Assembly: GCA_963664225.1 (NCBI GenBank) | Contig: OY760937.1 | Location: forward strand, 3,552,001-3,616,000 | DNA from: Verrucomicrobiia bacterium | Lineage (GTDB): Bacteria > Verrucomicrobiota > Verrucomicrobiia > Limisphaerales > UBA1319 | DNA length: 64,000 bases | Direction of reading: 5' to 3' | In this document: positions 53,044 to 63,385 of the stretch, piece after piece | How the letters are laid out: each line of letters begins with the position of its first letter | Numbering within the stretch: position 1 is the first letter of the stretch | Notes under the pieces: model-generated | Database searches by the model: none | Told to the model about the DNA's origin: nothing | The model's input: only the letters and a program-made list of their open reading frames with translations | Program-made: the position numbers and the translations under genes

Positions 53044-54630
53044 TTACGGAAGTTTCGCAGTGATGCGGCCCGGCTTGGACGCTGAGGCGATCTTCCTGCC
53101 GTCGGCGAAAATTTGAAATCCGGCGCCACGCCCATATTTTTTTCCAGTTTTGTCCCAGAGGATCGTAAGGGTTTTCCCGTGGTAGTGGACGCGGTCGAGG
53201 CAGAAGAAATCCCAGGTGCCTTGCGGAATCAGCGGATTGATCTCAACGACCTCGTCGGCGCGCGGGCGCAAGCCGATAAGGCCCGTGATGACGAGGTCGC
53301 AGAAGGTCGAGTGATTGTAATCCTTGCCGCGCTCCTTTGGCGTGCTGTTGCGGCGCAGGAGCAGCGTGCGTGAAATCCAATCCCCCGTGAATGGATTCAA
53401 GTTCTCGTCGATCCAGGGAATGGTTTTTCCATCCTCAGTGGTGCGGCGATGGCTTTTTGAGAACGTTTGCAGGGCTTCAAAATAGTCCGCGCCGGTGATG
53501 GCCGTTTGCTCGTAATTGTTCAGCACATTGGCCATGGCGGTGAGTGTGATGGCGGTGGACATCGGCCAGCTCGGGCCGTTCCACTGGCACTCATGGCCTT
53601 CGTAGCTGATGACGAATTTGGGGTGGCGCTGCTCCGTGACGGTCGGGCCGTAGGGTGCCTTGAAGCCCTTGGGATCGGTCATTTGCTTCCACGCCGCCTC
53701 ATATCCGGAATTGCGATCGGGGAGATTGAAATACCAGGGCGTCAGACCAATCTCCTCGCGGACGTCCACCCGCTTCATGTCCTGTTCCGCGACCGGCTCG
53801 TTGCCGCGCCTGACCATTTTGAAAAACTGCGCCTCCTTGTCCCACAGAAACGTCTGCACAAAATGTTTGATCCCGTCCGCCTCCGCCTCGAATTTTCTGG
53901 CAACCTCGGGCTGGCCGGCCAGGGTTGCGATTTTGGCGAGTGCCCTGGCATCGCCATACATGTAGCTGTTGATCGTGGGGCGGTAGCCATTGCCGCCCAC
54001 GGCCACCTCCATGCCGTCATCATTGTCATACTGCCAGAAGTGGCCATTGGGATCGCGGCGCTTTTTCTCCCATTCCTGGTAATTGGCCACCAGATCGGGA
54101 AGCAGTTCTTTTGCCGATGTTGGATTGCCGGTGACCATATATCGCGCCCACATGGCATCCGCCGCCCAGAAGCTGTATTTGCGCGGATCACCGCCTTTGC
54201 GAAACCAGAACACGGCGTAATCGTCGAGGATCTTCGCGTCCTTGAGCCAGCGGCCTTCGTAGAAGTGATGCCCGGCCGGACAGGGGATCGTGTTGTATTT
54301 TCCCGCCCACGGCACGTCGGGCAGAAACTCCGTGATCACGATGCCATCAGGGGTCTGCCGGATGTGCTTGCGAAAGGTCCACCAGCGGAAGTAATAGGTT
54401 TTTTCGAGCTCCTTATCCGGGCAATCGAGCAGCGGAATATTTTCTTTCAGGAAATCCCACGCCGCTGCGTTGGGATAAAGCTCTTTGTAGAGTTCATTGT
54501 CGTCGGCATTGAACGCATCGACATACGGCTTGAAGACGTCGGGCTTGAGGACGTCTGCCGCGCTTGCGATGAACATGGAGAGGCCAATTAACGCGAGCGT
54601 TGGAAATAAGTGTCCGGCTGGATTTTTCAT
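53044..54630 (-). CDS. MGH1/GH63-like (alpha/alpha)6 glycoside hydrolase
   Basis: YYFRWW, HHFYEGRW, DGME, WNGPSWP and YNHSTF; signal peptide. Confidence 0.8.
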   Translation of the reverse strand: MKNPAGHLFPTLALIGLSMFIASAADVLKPDVFKPYVDAFNADDNELYKELYPNAAAWDFLKENIPLLDCPDKELEKTYYFRWWTFRKHIRQTPDGIVITEFLPDVPWAGKYNTIPCPAGHHFYEGRWLKDAKILDDYAVFWFRKGGDPRKYSFWAADAMWARYMVTGNPTSAKELLPDLVANYQEWEKKRRDPNGHFWQYDNDDGMEVAVGGNGYRPTINSYMYGDARALAKIATLAGQPEVARKFEAEADGIKHFVQTFLWDKEAQFFKMVRRGNEPVAEQDMKRVDVREEIGLTPWYFNLPDRNSGYEAAWKQMTDPKGFKAPYGPTVTEQRHPKFVISYEGHECQWNGPSWPMSTAITLTAMANVLNNYEQTAITGADYFEALQTFSKSHRRTTEDGKTIPWIDENLNPFTGDWISRTLLLRRNSTPKERGKDYNHSTFCDLVITGLIGLRPRADEVVEINPLIPQGTWDFFCLDRVHYHGKTLTILWDKTGKKYGRGAGFQIFADGRKIASASKPGRITAKLP

Positions 54631-55045
54631 CAGGTTGGGAGGAATGGGTTGTCGGAGCCACATAAGGAGATTTTGGCGGAACGTTCGTTCAGTTCGTTGG
54701 AATCGGTTTTGGCGAGGTCCGGGGCGGGGACCAGATGTATTCAGGGTCATCCATTGCATATCCACTTTTGATCTGCATTTCCCTATTGTCCAGCCAAATT
54801 AAGTTTGCTGCATTTGTTTGTCATGCATCCGGCTGATCCATCTGGCCTTTCGCCGATACCGTCACCCCTCAGCTCCAATCTCAGTGGACAGCGGCAGAGC
54901 TTGTCGCAGGCATGAGAAGAACGGCCTTTTTGGAAAAATTGCATTGGGCCAATGACAGAATTCAGGAGTGAGGAGTGGTATGACCCAGCCGGCGCATTTA
55001 CTTGAAATACCAACCCGCCTCTGCGCATCCTGCAATCAGTTGAGC

Positions 55046-56365
55046 ATGGGTAAAAAACAATTTCCGGGTAATTCTGTCAGCGCCGACCGTCCAAAGGCCG
55101 TCTGCGCCGCGCGCGGGCTTTCAAGAACTGCGGATTTCACAAGGTTGCTGCTGCTCCTGATACTTTTGCTGTCCTTGCCCATGGCGCTCCAGGCCCAATT
55201 CAATTACACAACCAATGGTGGTGAGATCACCATTACGGGATACACCGGTGAAGGTGGTGCGGTGGCCATTCCCGACATAATCGATGGTCTGCCGGTAACC
55301 TGTATCGGCGATTGGGCATTTGAATACTGCGGCAGTCTAACCAACATTACTCTGGGCAACCATGTTGCCAAACTCGGAGACTGGGCATTCTATGGCTGCT
55401 ACAACTTGACCTCGTGCGTGATCCCAAACAACGTCACCAGCATTGGATTCAACTGTTTCTCTTCCTGCATCAGACTGACCAACTTTGTGATCTCAAGCGG
55501 TTTGACAAACATTGAAGCTCCCGTGGTCTCTGGCTGCTCAAGACTGCGTGCAATCACTGTCGATGCCTTTAACCCCTCCTATTGCAGCATAGACGGAGTC
55601 TTGTTCAACAAGAGCCTGACCACGCTCGTTGAATGCCCGCCACTATTAATGATGCCCTGCACAATACCCGACAGCGTTACCACCATCGGAAGCAGTGCAT
55701 TCGCTGGATGCGGCTCCATGACCAGCATCACGATTCCTGACAGTGTTAATATAATTGGTGGCAGCGTTTTTGCAGATTGTGCCAACCTGACCAACGTTTT
55801 CATAGGAAACGGCGTGACCAACATCGCATACAGTGCGTTCTCTGGCTGTTGGAGCCTGAAAAGCATTATAATTCCTGACAGTGTTTCCAAAATTGGAGCT
55901 GGGATATTCAAAGACTGTATCAGCTTGACCACCGTCATTTTTGGCAAAAATGTCAGGTTTGCTGCAACGCCGATGTTTTCTGGCTGCACCCGCTTGGCCA
56001 GTGTCTATTTCAAAGGTAATGCCCCCTTTGTTGATCCACATATGTTTGACCATTTATATTATGTAACAGTCTATTATTTGCCTGGCACCACCGGTTGGAG
56101 TTCAGGATTCGCAGGCCGTCCGGCCAAATTGTGGAATCCGCATCCGCTCACGACGGATGCCAGTTTTGGCATGCGAACGAATCAATTCGGTTTCACCATC
56201 GCTGGCACCACAGGAATTACGTTCGTCGTGGAAGCCTGCACCAATCTGGCCAATCCCACCTGGTTTCCAGTGCAAACCAACACCCTGTATGGCGACACGG
56301 CTGATTTCAGCGATCCCGCGTGGACGAACAGCCCCTCCCGTTTCTACCGTTTCCGCGCCCCGTAA
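55046..56365 (+). CDS. BspA-type leucine-rich-repeat surface protein (paralogue)
   Basis: LRR_5-type repeats; C-terminal VEACTNLANPTW...FYRF tail. Confidence 0.88.
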   Translation: MGKKQFPGNSVSADRPKAVCAARGLSRTADFTRLLLLLILLLSLPMALQAQFNYTTNGGEITITGYTGEGGAVAIPDIIDGLPVTCIGDWAFEYCGSLTNITLGNHVAKLGDWAFYGCYNLTSCVIPNNVTSIGFNCFSSCIRLTNFVISSGLTNIEAPVVSGCSRLRAITVDAFNPSYCSIDGVLFNKSLTTLVECPPLLMMPCTIPDSVTTIGSSAFAGCGSMTSITIPDSVNIIGGSVFADCANLTNVFIGNGVTNIAYSAFSGCWSLKSIIIPDSVSKIGAGIFKDCISLTTVIFGKNVRFAATPMFSGCTRLASVYFKGNAPFVDPHMFDHLYYVTVYYLPGTTGWSSGFAGRPAKLWNPHPLTTDASFGMRTNQFGFTIAGTTGITFVVEACTNLANPTWFPVQTNTLYGDTADFSDPAWTNSPSRFYRFRAP

Positions 56366-56486
56366 GCGGGAATTCCCGGGTTTTGGGCTCTCATCCAATC
56401 CCCGGCGCGCCTCTCATTCCAGTCTTGACGCTGGGGCCATCCGAAGCATCCTTACAGGTCAATTAAGGATAAAGGTAATTTAACGC

Positions 56487-56984
56487 ATGATGACGTGTCA
56501 CGAACTGCTGGGGTTTATGTCGCCCGCCCTGGCCAATGAGATTTTGGAATTTGCGCACGAGAACGACAAGAACCTCTACAAGGCCACCATGGCTTCCGTG
56601 GCGGAGTCGCTGAAGCTGCGCCCGGTTTTTTTCGAGCGCAAATCGCGCGCGGATCGACATGCCGCCATGCTGGGCATGCTCACACGGCCCCGTTTTGAGG
56701 CCGTGGCGGCCAACTTGATTCGCGGGTGGCTGGTGCAGGGGCAGTCCGGCATGCTTTCGGATTTCCTGGATGCGCTGGGCGTGCCGCATCAAAAAGGCGT
56801 GGTCGAGGCGTTTCCCGAGAAGGTCGATGACGCCAAATTGAATCAGGCGGTTGAGGCCTTGCTGGCCAAACACACCCCGGAGCGCGTCGTGGTTTATTTG
56901 AACGCCTTTTGTTCCATGAACGAGGTTGGATGGCCGAACCTGGAAAAGATGCTGGATAGCGATCCGCGTCTCCAGTTGGCTTAA
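56487..56984 (+). CDS. Hypothetical protein
   Basis: 165-aa ORF with host-like codon usage (FLDALGVPHQKG). Confidence 0.7.
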   Translation: MMTCHELLGFMSPALANEILEFAHENDKNLYKATMASVAESLKLRPVFFERKSRADRHAAMLGMLTRPRFEAVAANLIRGWLVQGQSGMLSDFLDALGVPHQKGVVEAFPEKVDDAKLNQAVEALLAKHTPERVVVYLNAFCSMNEVGWPNLEKMLDSDPRLQLA

Positions 56985-57055
56985 TTGGCTTATTCCGCCT
57001 GATACGTGCGCCGGATGCAATCCGTTCCGGCGCTTCCCTCCCGATCGGTGATCAT

Positions 57056-57085
57056 AAAAAAAGGACCGTGTTTGCACGGTCCTTT
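57056..57085 (-). terminator. Intrinsic terminator downstream of rhaB
   Basis: AAAGGACCGTG-TTTG-CACGGTCCTTT hairpin with a T-run on the minus strand. Confidence 0.75.
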
Positions 57086-57115
57086 ATCGTCCTTTTGCAA
57101 TGATTCCCGCCCTGA

Positions 57116-58576
57116 TTAAGCGATCAGCTTCTTGAAGCGCTCATAGGCCGCATCCCACTGTGCGCCATCCTTGGGTTCCACCACTTTGCCCGCCATCGAG
57201 GTGGCGACCACCGCGCGCGCGGCGTCCAGTGACGGCAGGTGTCCCAGCGCGATCGCCTGGACGAGGATGTTGCCTGTGGCGGTGGCTTCGACCGGACCGG
57301 CCACCACGGGGATCTGGCAGGCGCTGGCGGTGAATTGATTCAAGGTATTGTCCTTGCTGCCGCCGCCCACGACGTGGAGTTTCTCGATCTTGCGCCCGGT
57401 GATCTTCTCCAGGTTGCGCACCGAATGCCGGTAGTAAAGCGCGAGGCTTTCATAGACGCACCGGATGGTCGCGCCCGGAGTGGTGGGCTCGGGCTGGCCG
57501 GTTTCCTTGCAGAGCGCGGCGATTTTTTGCGGCATCTGTCCCGGCGCCATGAAGCGGGCGTCCGAGGGATTGATGAGCGAGACAAAGGGTTTGGCCTCCT
57601 GGGCCATTTTCTCCAGATCCGCGAAACTGTATTTCTGACCGGCGCGCTCCCATTCCCGGCGGCTTTCCTGCACGAGCCAGAGGCCGATGATGTTTTTCAG
57701 GAATCGCGCGGAATGGCCCACACCGATTTCATTGGTGAAATTCGCGTCGCGGCCCTCGGCTGTAATCAAGGGTTTCTCCAATTCCACACCGATCAGGGAC
57801 CAAGTGCCGGAGCTAAGATAGGCCCAGTTTTTGCCGCTGGCCGGAACGGCGGCCACGGCCGCGCCCGTGTCATGCGAGCAGGAGGCCACCACTTCGATGG
57901 CCGGAATGCCGGTCTCCCTGCAAATGCCGGCCTTGATGGGACCAAGCTTTGTGCCGGATTGGACAATGGGCGGCAATTGGTCAGGACGCACTTTTACCGC
58001 GTCGAGCAGCATTTTCGACCAGGTGCGTTTGCGCGGATCGTAAAACTGGGTCGTGCTCGCCAGGGAAACTTCCGACTTGGCATTGCCCGAGAGCATGTAA
58101 TTGAGGCCGTCCCCGACGAGCAGGATCTTTGCGGCCTGGTTGAGACGCTCGGGGGTTTCCATGTTCAATTGGAACACGGTGTTGAAGACCAGGAATTGCA
58201 ATCCGGTTTCCTCGTAGATCGTGGCCCAGGGAATGCGCGCCTTGAGTTCTTCCGCGCCTTTGGGGCAGCGGGGATCGCGGTAGGCAAAAGTGGGCTGGAT
58301 CATCGCCCCGTTTTTGTCGAAGAGCAGGTAATCGACGCCCCAGGTGTCGCAACTGATGCTCGAAATGGGCAAATTGCGTGACGCCACTTTCTTCAGGCCC
58401 TCCTTGATGGCGGCGAACAGGCCCGGAATATTCCATTGCAGCGAACCGTTGATTTCCGTGGTTCCGTTGGGGAAACGATGAATTTCCTCAAGGCTCAGGT
58501 GTTGATTGTCCAGTGTTCCCAGGATCAGGCGGCCGCTGTCGGCGCCCAGATCGCATGCAAGATAATATGTAGCCAT
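57116..58576 (-). CDS. rhaB: Rhamnulokinase / FGGY sugar kinase
   Basis: DLGADSGR, DTWGVDY, SHDT, SSGTWSL, FTNE, KNIIGLW, GPVEATA. Confidence 0.88.
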   Translation of the reverse strand: MATYYLACDLGADSGRLILGTLDNQHLSLEEIHRFPNGTTEINGSLQWNIPGLFAAIKEGLKKVASRNLPISSISCDTWGVDYLLFDKNGAMIQPTFAYRDPRCPKGAEELKARIPWATIYEETGLQFLVFNTVFQLNMETPERLNQAAKILLVGDGLNYMLSGNAKSEVSLASTTQFYDPRKRTWSKMLLDAVKVRPDQLPPIVQSGTKLGPIKAGICRETGIPAIEVVASCSHDTGAAVAAVPASGKNWAYLSSGTWSLIGVELEKPLITAEGRDANFTNEIGVGHSARFLKNIIGLWLVQESRREWERAGQKYSFADLEKMAQEAKPFVSLINPSDARFMAPGQMPQKIAALCKETGQPEPTTPGATIRCVYESLALYYRHSVRNLEKITGRKIEKLHVVGGGSKDNTLNQFTASACQIPVVAGPVEATATGNILVQAIALGHLPSLDAARAVVATSMAGKVVEPKDGAQWDAAYERFKKLIA

Positions 58577-58808
58577 GGCGTTTGAATGCTTGTTTTCACG
58601 ACGTCTTAGCCGAAAATCGTTGACCGATCAACAACTAACATGCTGGATGAAAGCGGCATCTGGCTCTGCCGCCGTTGATTGGGGGCGGGGCATGGCGTAT
58701 GATGCCGCGAACTGGAACCGCGCCATGAATGCGAACCTGGCGGGATCACTGCCCGCGCCTTCGCAACCAGACCGTGAATCCGGTTTTAATCTGGAGAGCA
58801 ACGTGCTG

Positions 58809-59333
58809 ATGAATGCAACGTCAACCCAGGCCCCGGGAAAACCCTGGTGGCTGAGAATATTGATCGGGCGCCGCCCTGTGCTGACGCTCATTCGCGTGGC
58901 CATCTGGGTCGCGGCCGCTTTTTTTGTTTTTCGAGTCGTTCTGCTGCCGGTGCGCGTGGAGGGGATCAGCATGGTGCCCTCTTACAAGAATGGCGGCGTC
59001 AATTTCATCAACCGGTGGTCCTACTCCCGCCATCGTCCGCAGCGTGGAGACGTGGTCGGCGTGCGCTATGTCGGCCTGCATGTCATGCTTCTCAAACGCA
59101 TCATTGCCTTGCCGGGTGAACGGATCGCAATCCGCCAGGGAATTGTTTATATCGATGACCAGCCCCTGGACGAGCCGTACGTCAAACTTTTCAACCCAAC
59201 CTGGCAGGAGGCTGAAGTCACTCTCAAGCCAGACGAATATTTCATCATCGGGGATAACCGGGGCATGCGCAGCGACGAGCACACGCACGGGCGGGTCGAA
59301 GGCCGGCGGATCGTGGGAAAGGCTTTGTTTTGA
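58809..59333 (+). CDS. lepB: Signal peptidase I
   Basis: GISMVP catalytic Ser, LKRIIALPG Lys and GDNR. Start approximate. Confidence 0.88.
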   Translation: MNATSTQAPGKPWWLRILIGRRPVLTLIRVAIWVAAAFFVFRVVLLPVRVEGISMVPSYKNGGVNFINRWSYSRHRPQRGDVVGVRYVGLHVMLLKRIIALPGERIAIRQGIVYIDDQPLDEPYVKLFNPTWQEAEVTLKPDEYFIIGDNRGMRSDEHTHGRVEGRRIVGKALF

Positions 59334-59830
59334 GGAAAATCATGCGGATCGTATTTGCGGTGGGGGCGCTGGCCCTTGGTTTCTGGCTCTACACAGTGCT
59401 GTTTCCATCTGACGAGTCGGTCATCAGGAAACGGTTGCAGACGATTGCCCGGCTGGCCTCCTTCAAACCCGGGGAAGGCGACCTGGCCCGTCTGGCCAAT
59501 GTCAGCCAGCTCACGGCATTCTTCACGCCGGACATTTCCATGCGGTTTGAGGGAACGCGTCCTGAATTGCAGAACCTTTCAGGCAGGGACACACTGCGGC
59601 AGTTGTTTATGGTCGCGCGCGCGAATCTCCAGCGCATGAGTGTGCGCTTCCCTGACATGATTGTGACGGTCAACCCGGATGGGCGCGCGGCCATGGTGGA
59701 TTTGACCATGGTGGCCGATGTGAACGCGGACAAGGACGTCATACTTCAGGAGCTAAAGCTCGATATGACCAAAGAGGACGGCACATGGCGGGTCAGCCGG
59801 GTTGAAACGATCAAGGCATTGAACCGATAA
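59330..59830 (+). CDS. Membrane-anchored NTF2/SnoaL-like protein
   Basis: N-terminal TM, LSGRD, KEDGTWRV. Confidence 0.6.
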   Translation: MRKIMRIVFAVGALALGFWLYTVLFPSDESVIRKRLQTIARLASFKPGEGDLARLANVSQLTAFFTPDISMRFEGTRPELQNLSGRDTLRQLFMVARANLQRMSVRFPDMIVTVNPDGRAAMVDLTMVADVNADKDVILQELKLDMTKEDGTWRVSRVETIKALNR

Positions 59831-60083
59831 GAATCGTCTTGATTCATGGCAGACATTCCCATCCCGAGACAGCGCCGGGACACTGGGAGAGATCGAATTC
59901 CAGTCCTTAATCGCATGGAAACAGGTTTCGCCGGTGTATTCGAGCTTTGACGGGGGCCTGCAAAGTGTTAAAGAATACGGTCTGTTTGCCACGGTTTTAA
60001 CACGGTTCAGCCCGGGTGTGATTGGCTGGCAGGGTCGTGATATGCGTGGAATAAAAGAGCGCCACGTTTGCGTTTTAAACGTT

Positions 60084-60099
60084 TGGAACGCAAACTGCT
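60084..60099 (+). promoter_or_regulatory. sigma54 promoter of the pilin-like operon
   Basis: TGGAACGCAAACTGCT (GG-N10-GC) ends 27 nt before ATG 60127, which has a GGAGG RBS. Confidence 0.6.
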
Positions 60100-60126
60100 C
60101 AATCGCTCTCGCACTGGAGGGGCGCC

Positions 60127-60627
60127 ATGGTGTTTAATATGATGTTTTTGCATGACAAGAAAGTCGGCTTGCGCCATTGGCGCATGCCGATTCGTTCCGG
60201 TGGATTCACGCTGCCCGAAGTGGTGATGGCTATTGGCATTCTGGCCCTTTGCCTTGGCGGGATTATTACAGGTTACGTTTTTTCGTCGAAGCGAGTCGAG
60301 TGGTCGGCCTATTCGCTCGCGGCCCAATCCATGGCCTTGCAGCGCCTGGAGCAGGCCCGCGCCTGCAAATGGGATCTGGGAAGCTACCCGGTCGTGGATA
60401 ATCAACTGCAGTCCAGCAACTTTCCCCAGCAGGTGCTGGTTCTGGACATCCCCATGAACAGCACGAACGGCATTCTGGCCACAAACATCACCGAGGTGAT
60501 CGACATTCAGACCAATTATCCACCCATCAAACTGGTGCGGGTGACTTGTCGGTGGCCGTTCGTCAATGGCAAAACCTACACCAATACGATTTCCAGTTAC
60601 GTGATCCCCAGCGCCCTTGGAGAATGA
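60127..60627 (+). CDS. Prepilin-type protein (PilV-like minor pilin)
   Basis: G|FTLPEVVMAIGIL class III signal. Confidence 0.85.
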   Translation: MVFNMMFLHDKKVGLRHWRMPIRSGGFTLPEVVMAIGILALCLGGIITGYVFSSKRVEWSAYSLAAQSMALQRLEQARACKWDLGSYPVVDNQLQSSNFPQQVLVLDIPMNSTNGILATNITEVIDIQTNYPPIKLVRVTCRWPFVNGKTYTNTISSYVIPSALGE

Positions 60628-61235
60628 AGATGAAACCTCTTATTAATTTGCGCGCGCGCTTGAACCGGGCCTATACCCTGGTCGAGATCATGGTCTCCAT
60701 GGCCCTCTTTTCCATGGTGGTGATAGGGGTTGTGACCAGCAACATTTTTGGATTGAAGCTCTACGAAATCGCCAAGACAAAACTTGGGGTCAACGAATAC
60801 TCACGCCGCGCGCTCTCCATGATGGTCACCGACATTCGCGAAGCCAAATCCACCTGCGTGGGGTCTGGGACCGCCACCACTTTCGTCGAACCGGTCGCTG
60901 GTGTTGTGCGCCAGGGAAACGCACTGCAAATCAATCCCCTCCGCAACAATACCAACGTCTTTATCCGCTATTTCCGGGATAGCGACCAGCGGATCAAGAT
61001 GGTGACCGACACCAATGCCACGCCGGTCATTGTGGCGGATTACGTTTCCAACAACGTGGTGTTTGCCGAGGAGGATTACCGCGGCACGGTGCTGACCAAT
61101 CGTCAGGCGTCCTGCGTGGTCTCGCTGAACCTTAATTTTTATAAGATCGAATTTCCCGTCGTGATCATCGGCCAGGGCGGATTTTATGAGTATTACGCCC
61201 TTCGAACCCGCATCACGCGCCGCTCTGCGGAATAA
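60624..61235 (+). CDS. Prepilin-type protein (PilW/PulJ-like)
   Basis: A|YTLVEIMVSMALF; ATGA overlap with the preceding gene. Confidence 0.85.
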   Translation: MKMKPLINLRARLNRAYTLVEIMVSMALFSMVVIGVVTSNIFGLKLYEIAKTKLGVNEYSRRALSMMVTDIREAKSTCVGSGTATTFVEPVAGVVRQGNALQINPLRNNTNVFIRYFRDSDQRIKMVTDTNATPVIVADYVSNNVVFAEEDYRGTVLTNRQASCVVSLNLNFYKIEFPVVIIGQGGFYEYYALRTRITRRSAE

Positions 61236-61255
61236 CATACTCAATTCAAACGCAC

Positions 61256-63115
61256 ATGAATATTCCCAATCCCAATTTCAATCTCCCCCGGCGCTCCACC
61301 GCTGCCTTCGCCCTGATCTGGGTGCTTGTTTTTTTGGCTGTAAGCATGGTGGTTTTGGGGGGCGTGATGGCCTGGACCACGACTGCCGCCCGGCTCACGG
61401 ATCGTAATAACCAGTACTCGTCCTCCCTCGCGGCCGCCGAGGCCGCCACTGAAAAGGTCGTTGGCGCCATCATGAACGATTTTCGCAACGGCAACCAGGG
61501 CCGGATTTTCCAGAACATGCCCAACTACAAGCTCATGGTCCCCACCACTTCCGAGAATGCCGAATGGGGTAAATACACCTTCACCGATCCTTTTGGCGCG
61601 TTGAACCGCATATTTGTCACCAATTTCTACACCAACGTCTTCACCAACGTCGATGCCCAGTACGCCGGCCTTTTGGGATACGCCTCCAAATACCGCGTGG
61701 TGGCCAACGCCGTCAACACCTCCGGTCCCGATCAAGTCCCCGCCGCCGTGCAACAGGATGTGCAGGTGGCCACGATTCCCATTTTCCAATACGCCATTTT
61801 TTATCATAACATCCCCATGGAGATTAGCTGCGGCCAGCCCTTCAACATCTACGGGCGTGTTCACGCCAATCAGGAAATGTATGTCCTGCCAGACAGCACC
61901 CTCAAATTCTACGATACCGTCACCGGCGTGCGCGACATCACCTTCGGACGCATGCCCGGGGACTTGCGCACCCCGCCCAGCGGCACCGTCCAATATCTGG
62001 GGGGCATGGAGACCCATGCCGCAAGTTTAAACCTGCCCATTGGCACCAACAATTCCCCTGAGGCTGTTCATGCGTTGTTGGAGACTCCGCCCGCAGGCGA
62101 GGATCCCACCACGGTCATGGGGCGTCAGCGCTATTTCAATAAGGCGGAATTGATTATCACCGTGACGAACGTGGCCTCGAGTTACCAATCGAACAATGTG
62201 ACCTCCACCACTAAGAAAGGCGTTACCACTTACACAACGAATGTCGTGACGGTGAACGTGACCAATACCATCGCCTTCGTCAACAGCGGCCGGATCAACA
62301 ATTTTGCCACCGTGGTGGCCTCAAACGAATTTCGCAGTTTCATCACCTTGACCAATAGTTTCACCGATGCCCGCGAGGGTAAAACGGTCCGCCCCATCGA
62401 TATCAATGTGGGCGCCCTCAAAAAATGGAGCGAAACCAATAGCACCCTGCGTCCCGTCCTCGGGGGCGATGTCTCACTCATCTATGTGGACGACGACCGG
62501 AACCTGTCGGCATCCGAATTGGGCGCTGTGCGCGTTTCCAACGGGCGGGATCTGCCCAGCCGGGGTCTGACCCTGGCCACGGCGCGCCCCTTGTATGTGC
62601 AGGGACATTATAACTGCACCAATAATGCCGCCCTTGGCACCACAAACACAACCACCACCAAACCCGCCTCGCTGGTTGGAGATGCCATCACCGTTTTATC
62701 CCCCCAGTGGGTGGATGCCAACAGCACTGCGGCGGTCGGATCCCGGGTGGCCATCAACACCACGGTGAACGCGGCTTTTCTGGCGGGCATCGTGGAAACC
62801 AAGACTTATAACACTTACAGCGGCGGGGTCGAAAACTTCCCCCGTTTCCTGGAAACCTGGGGGGCCTCGGCCGTTTTCACCTATAATGGGTCCATGGTTG
62901 TCATGTTTCCCAGTGTTTACGCCACGGCTCGTTGGGGGCAATCCAACGTTTACGGCCCGCCCGCGCGCAATTGGGCCTTCGACCAGAATTTTAAGAACGC
63001 GAATAAATTGCCTCCCGGAACGCCCAGTGTGAACAAGCTTTTTCGCTCCAAATGGTCCTCCGTGGCGGTGGGATCCACCGGGATCTCGGATAATTGGATC
63101 CACGGGGCATTCTGA
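61256..63115 (+). CDS. PilX-like large minor pilin
   Basis: AFALIWVLV lacks Glu5; AAEAA; GRVHAN; SGGVENFPRFLE. Confidence 0.75.
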   Translation: MNIPNPNFNLPRRSTAAFALIWVLVFLAVSMVVLGGVMAWTTTAARLTDRNNQYSSSLAAAEAATEKVVGAIMNDFRNGNQGRIFQNMPNYKLMVPTTSENAEWGKYTFTDPFGALNRIFVTNFYTNVFTNVDAQYAGLLGYASKYRVVANAVNTSGPDQVPAAVQQDVQVATIPIFQYAIFYHNIPMEISCGQPFNIYGRVHANQEMYVLPDSTLKFYDTVTGVRDITFGRMPGDLRTPPSGTVQYLGGMETHAASLNLPIGTNNSPEAVHALLETPPAGEDPTTVMGRQRYFNKAELIITVTNVASSYQSNNVTSTTKKGVTTYTTNVVTVNVTNTIAFVNSGRINNFATVVASNEFRSFITLTNSFTDAREGKTVRPIDINVGALKKWSETNSTLRPVLGGDVSLIYVDDDRNLSASELGAVRVSNGRDLPSRGLTLATARPLYVQGHYNCTNNAALGTTNTTTTKPASLVGDAITVLSPQWVDANSTAAVGSRVAINTTVNAAFLAGIVETKTYNTYSGGVENFPRFLETWGASAVFTYNGSMVVMFPSVYATARWGQSNVYGPPARNWAFDQNFKNANKLPPGTPSVNKLFRSKWSSVAVGSTGISDNWIHGAF

Positions 63116-63385
63116 TAATGAGAAGAACCGTGACAATATTCATCAGAAAATCGAAATAGTCTTAAAACGCCATGGAAGTATATGGCGCGAATGACCACAG
63201 TCGGCCCAAATAACCGCACGCGCACATCTTCTCTCCCGCCCTGCGAGGCACGAGCGGGGAGTTGGAGGGAGGGGTTCCATCAGGAGACCTTGCTTTCTTG
63301 CTGAAGAATTTTTTCATCCACGCATAATCAAAATGACCGGTGTTCCGGTCTTGTTTAAACGATCCCGCTCGTATAACTCTAATGC

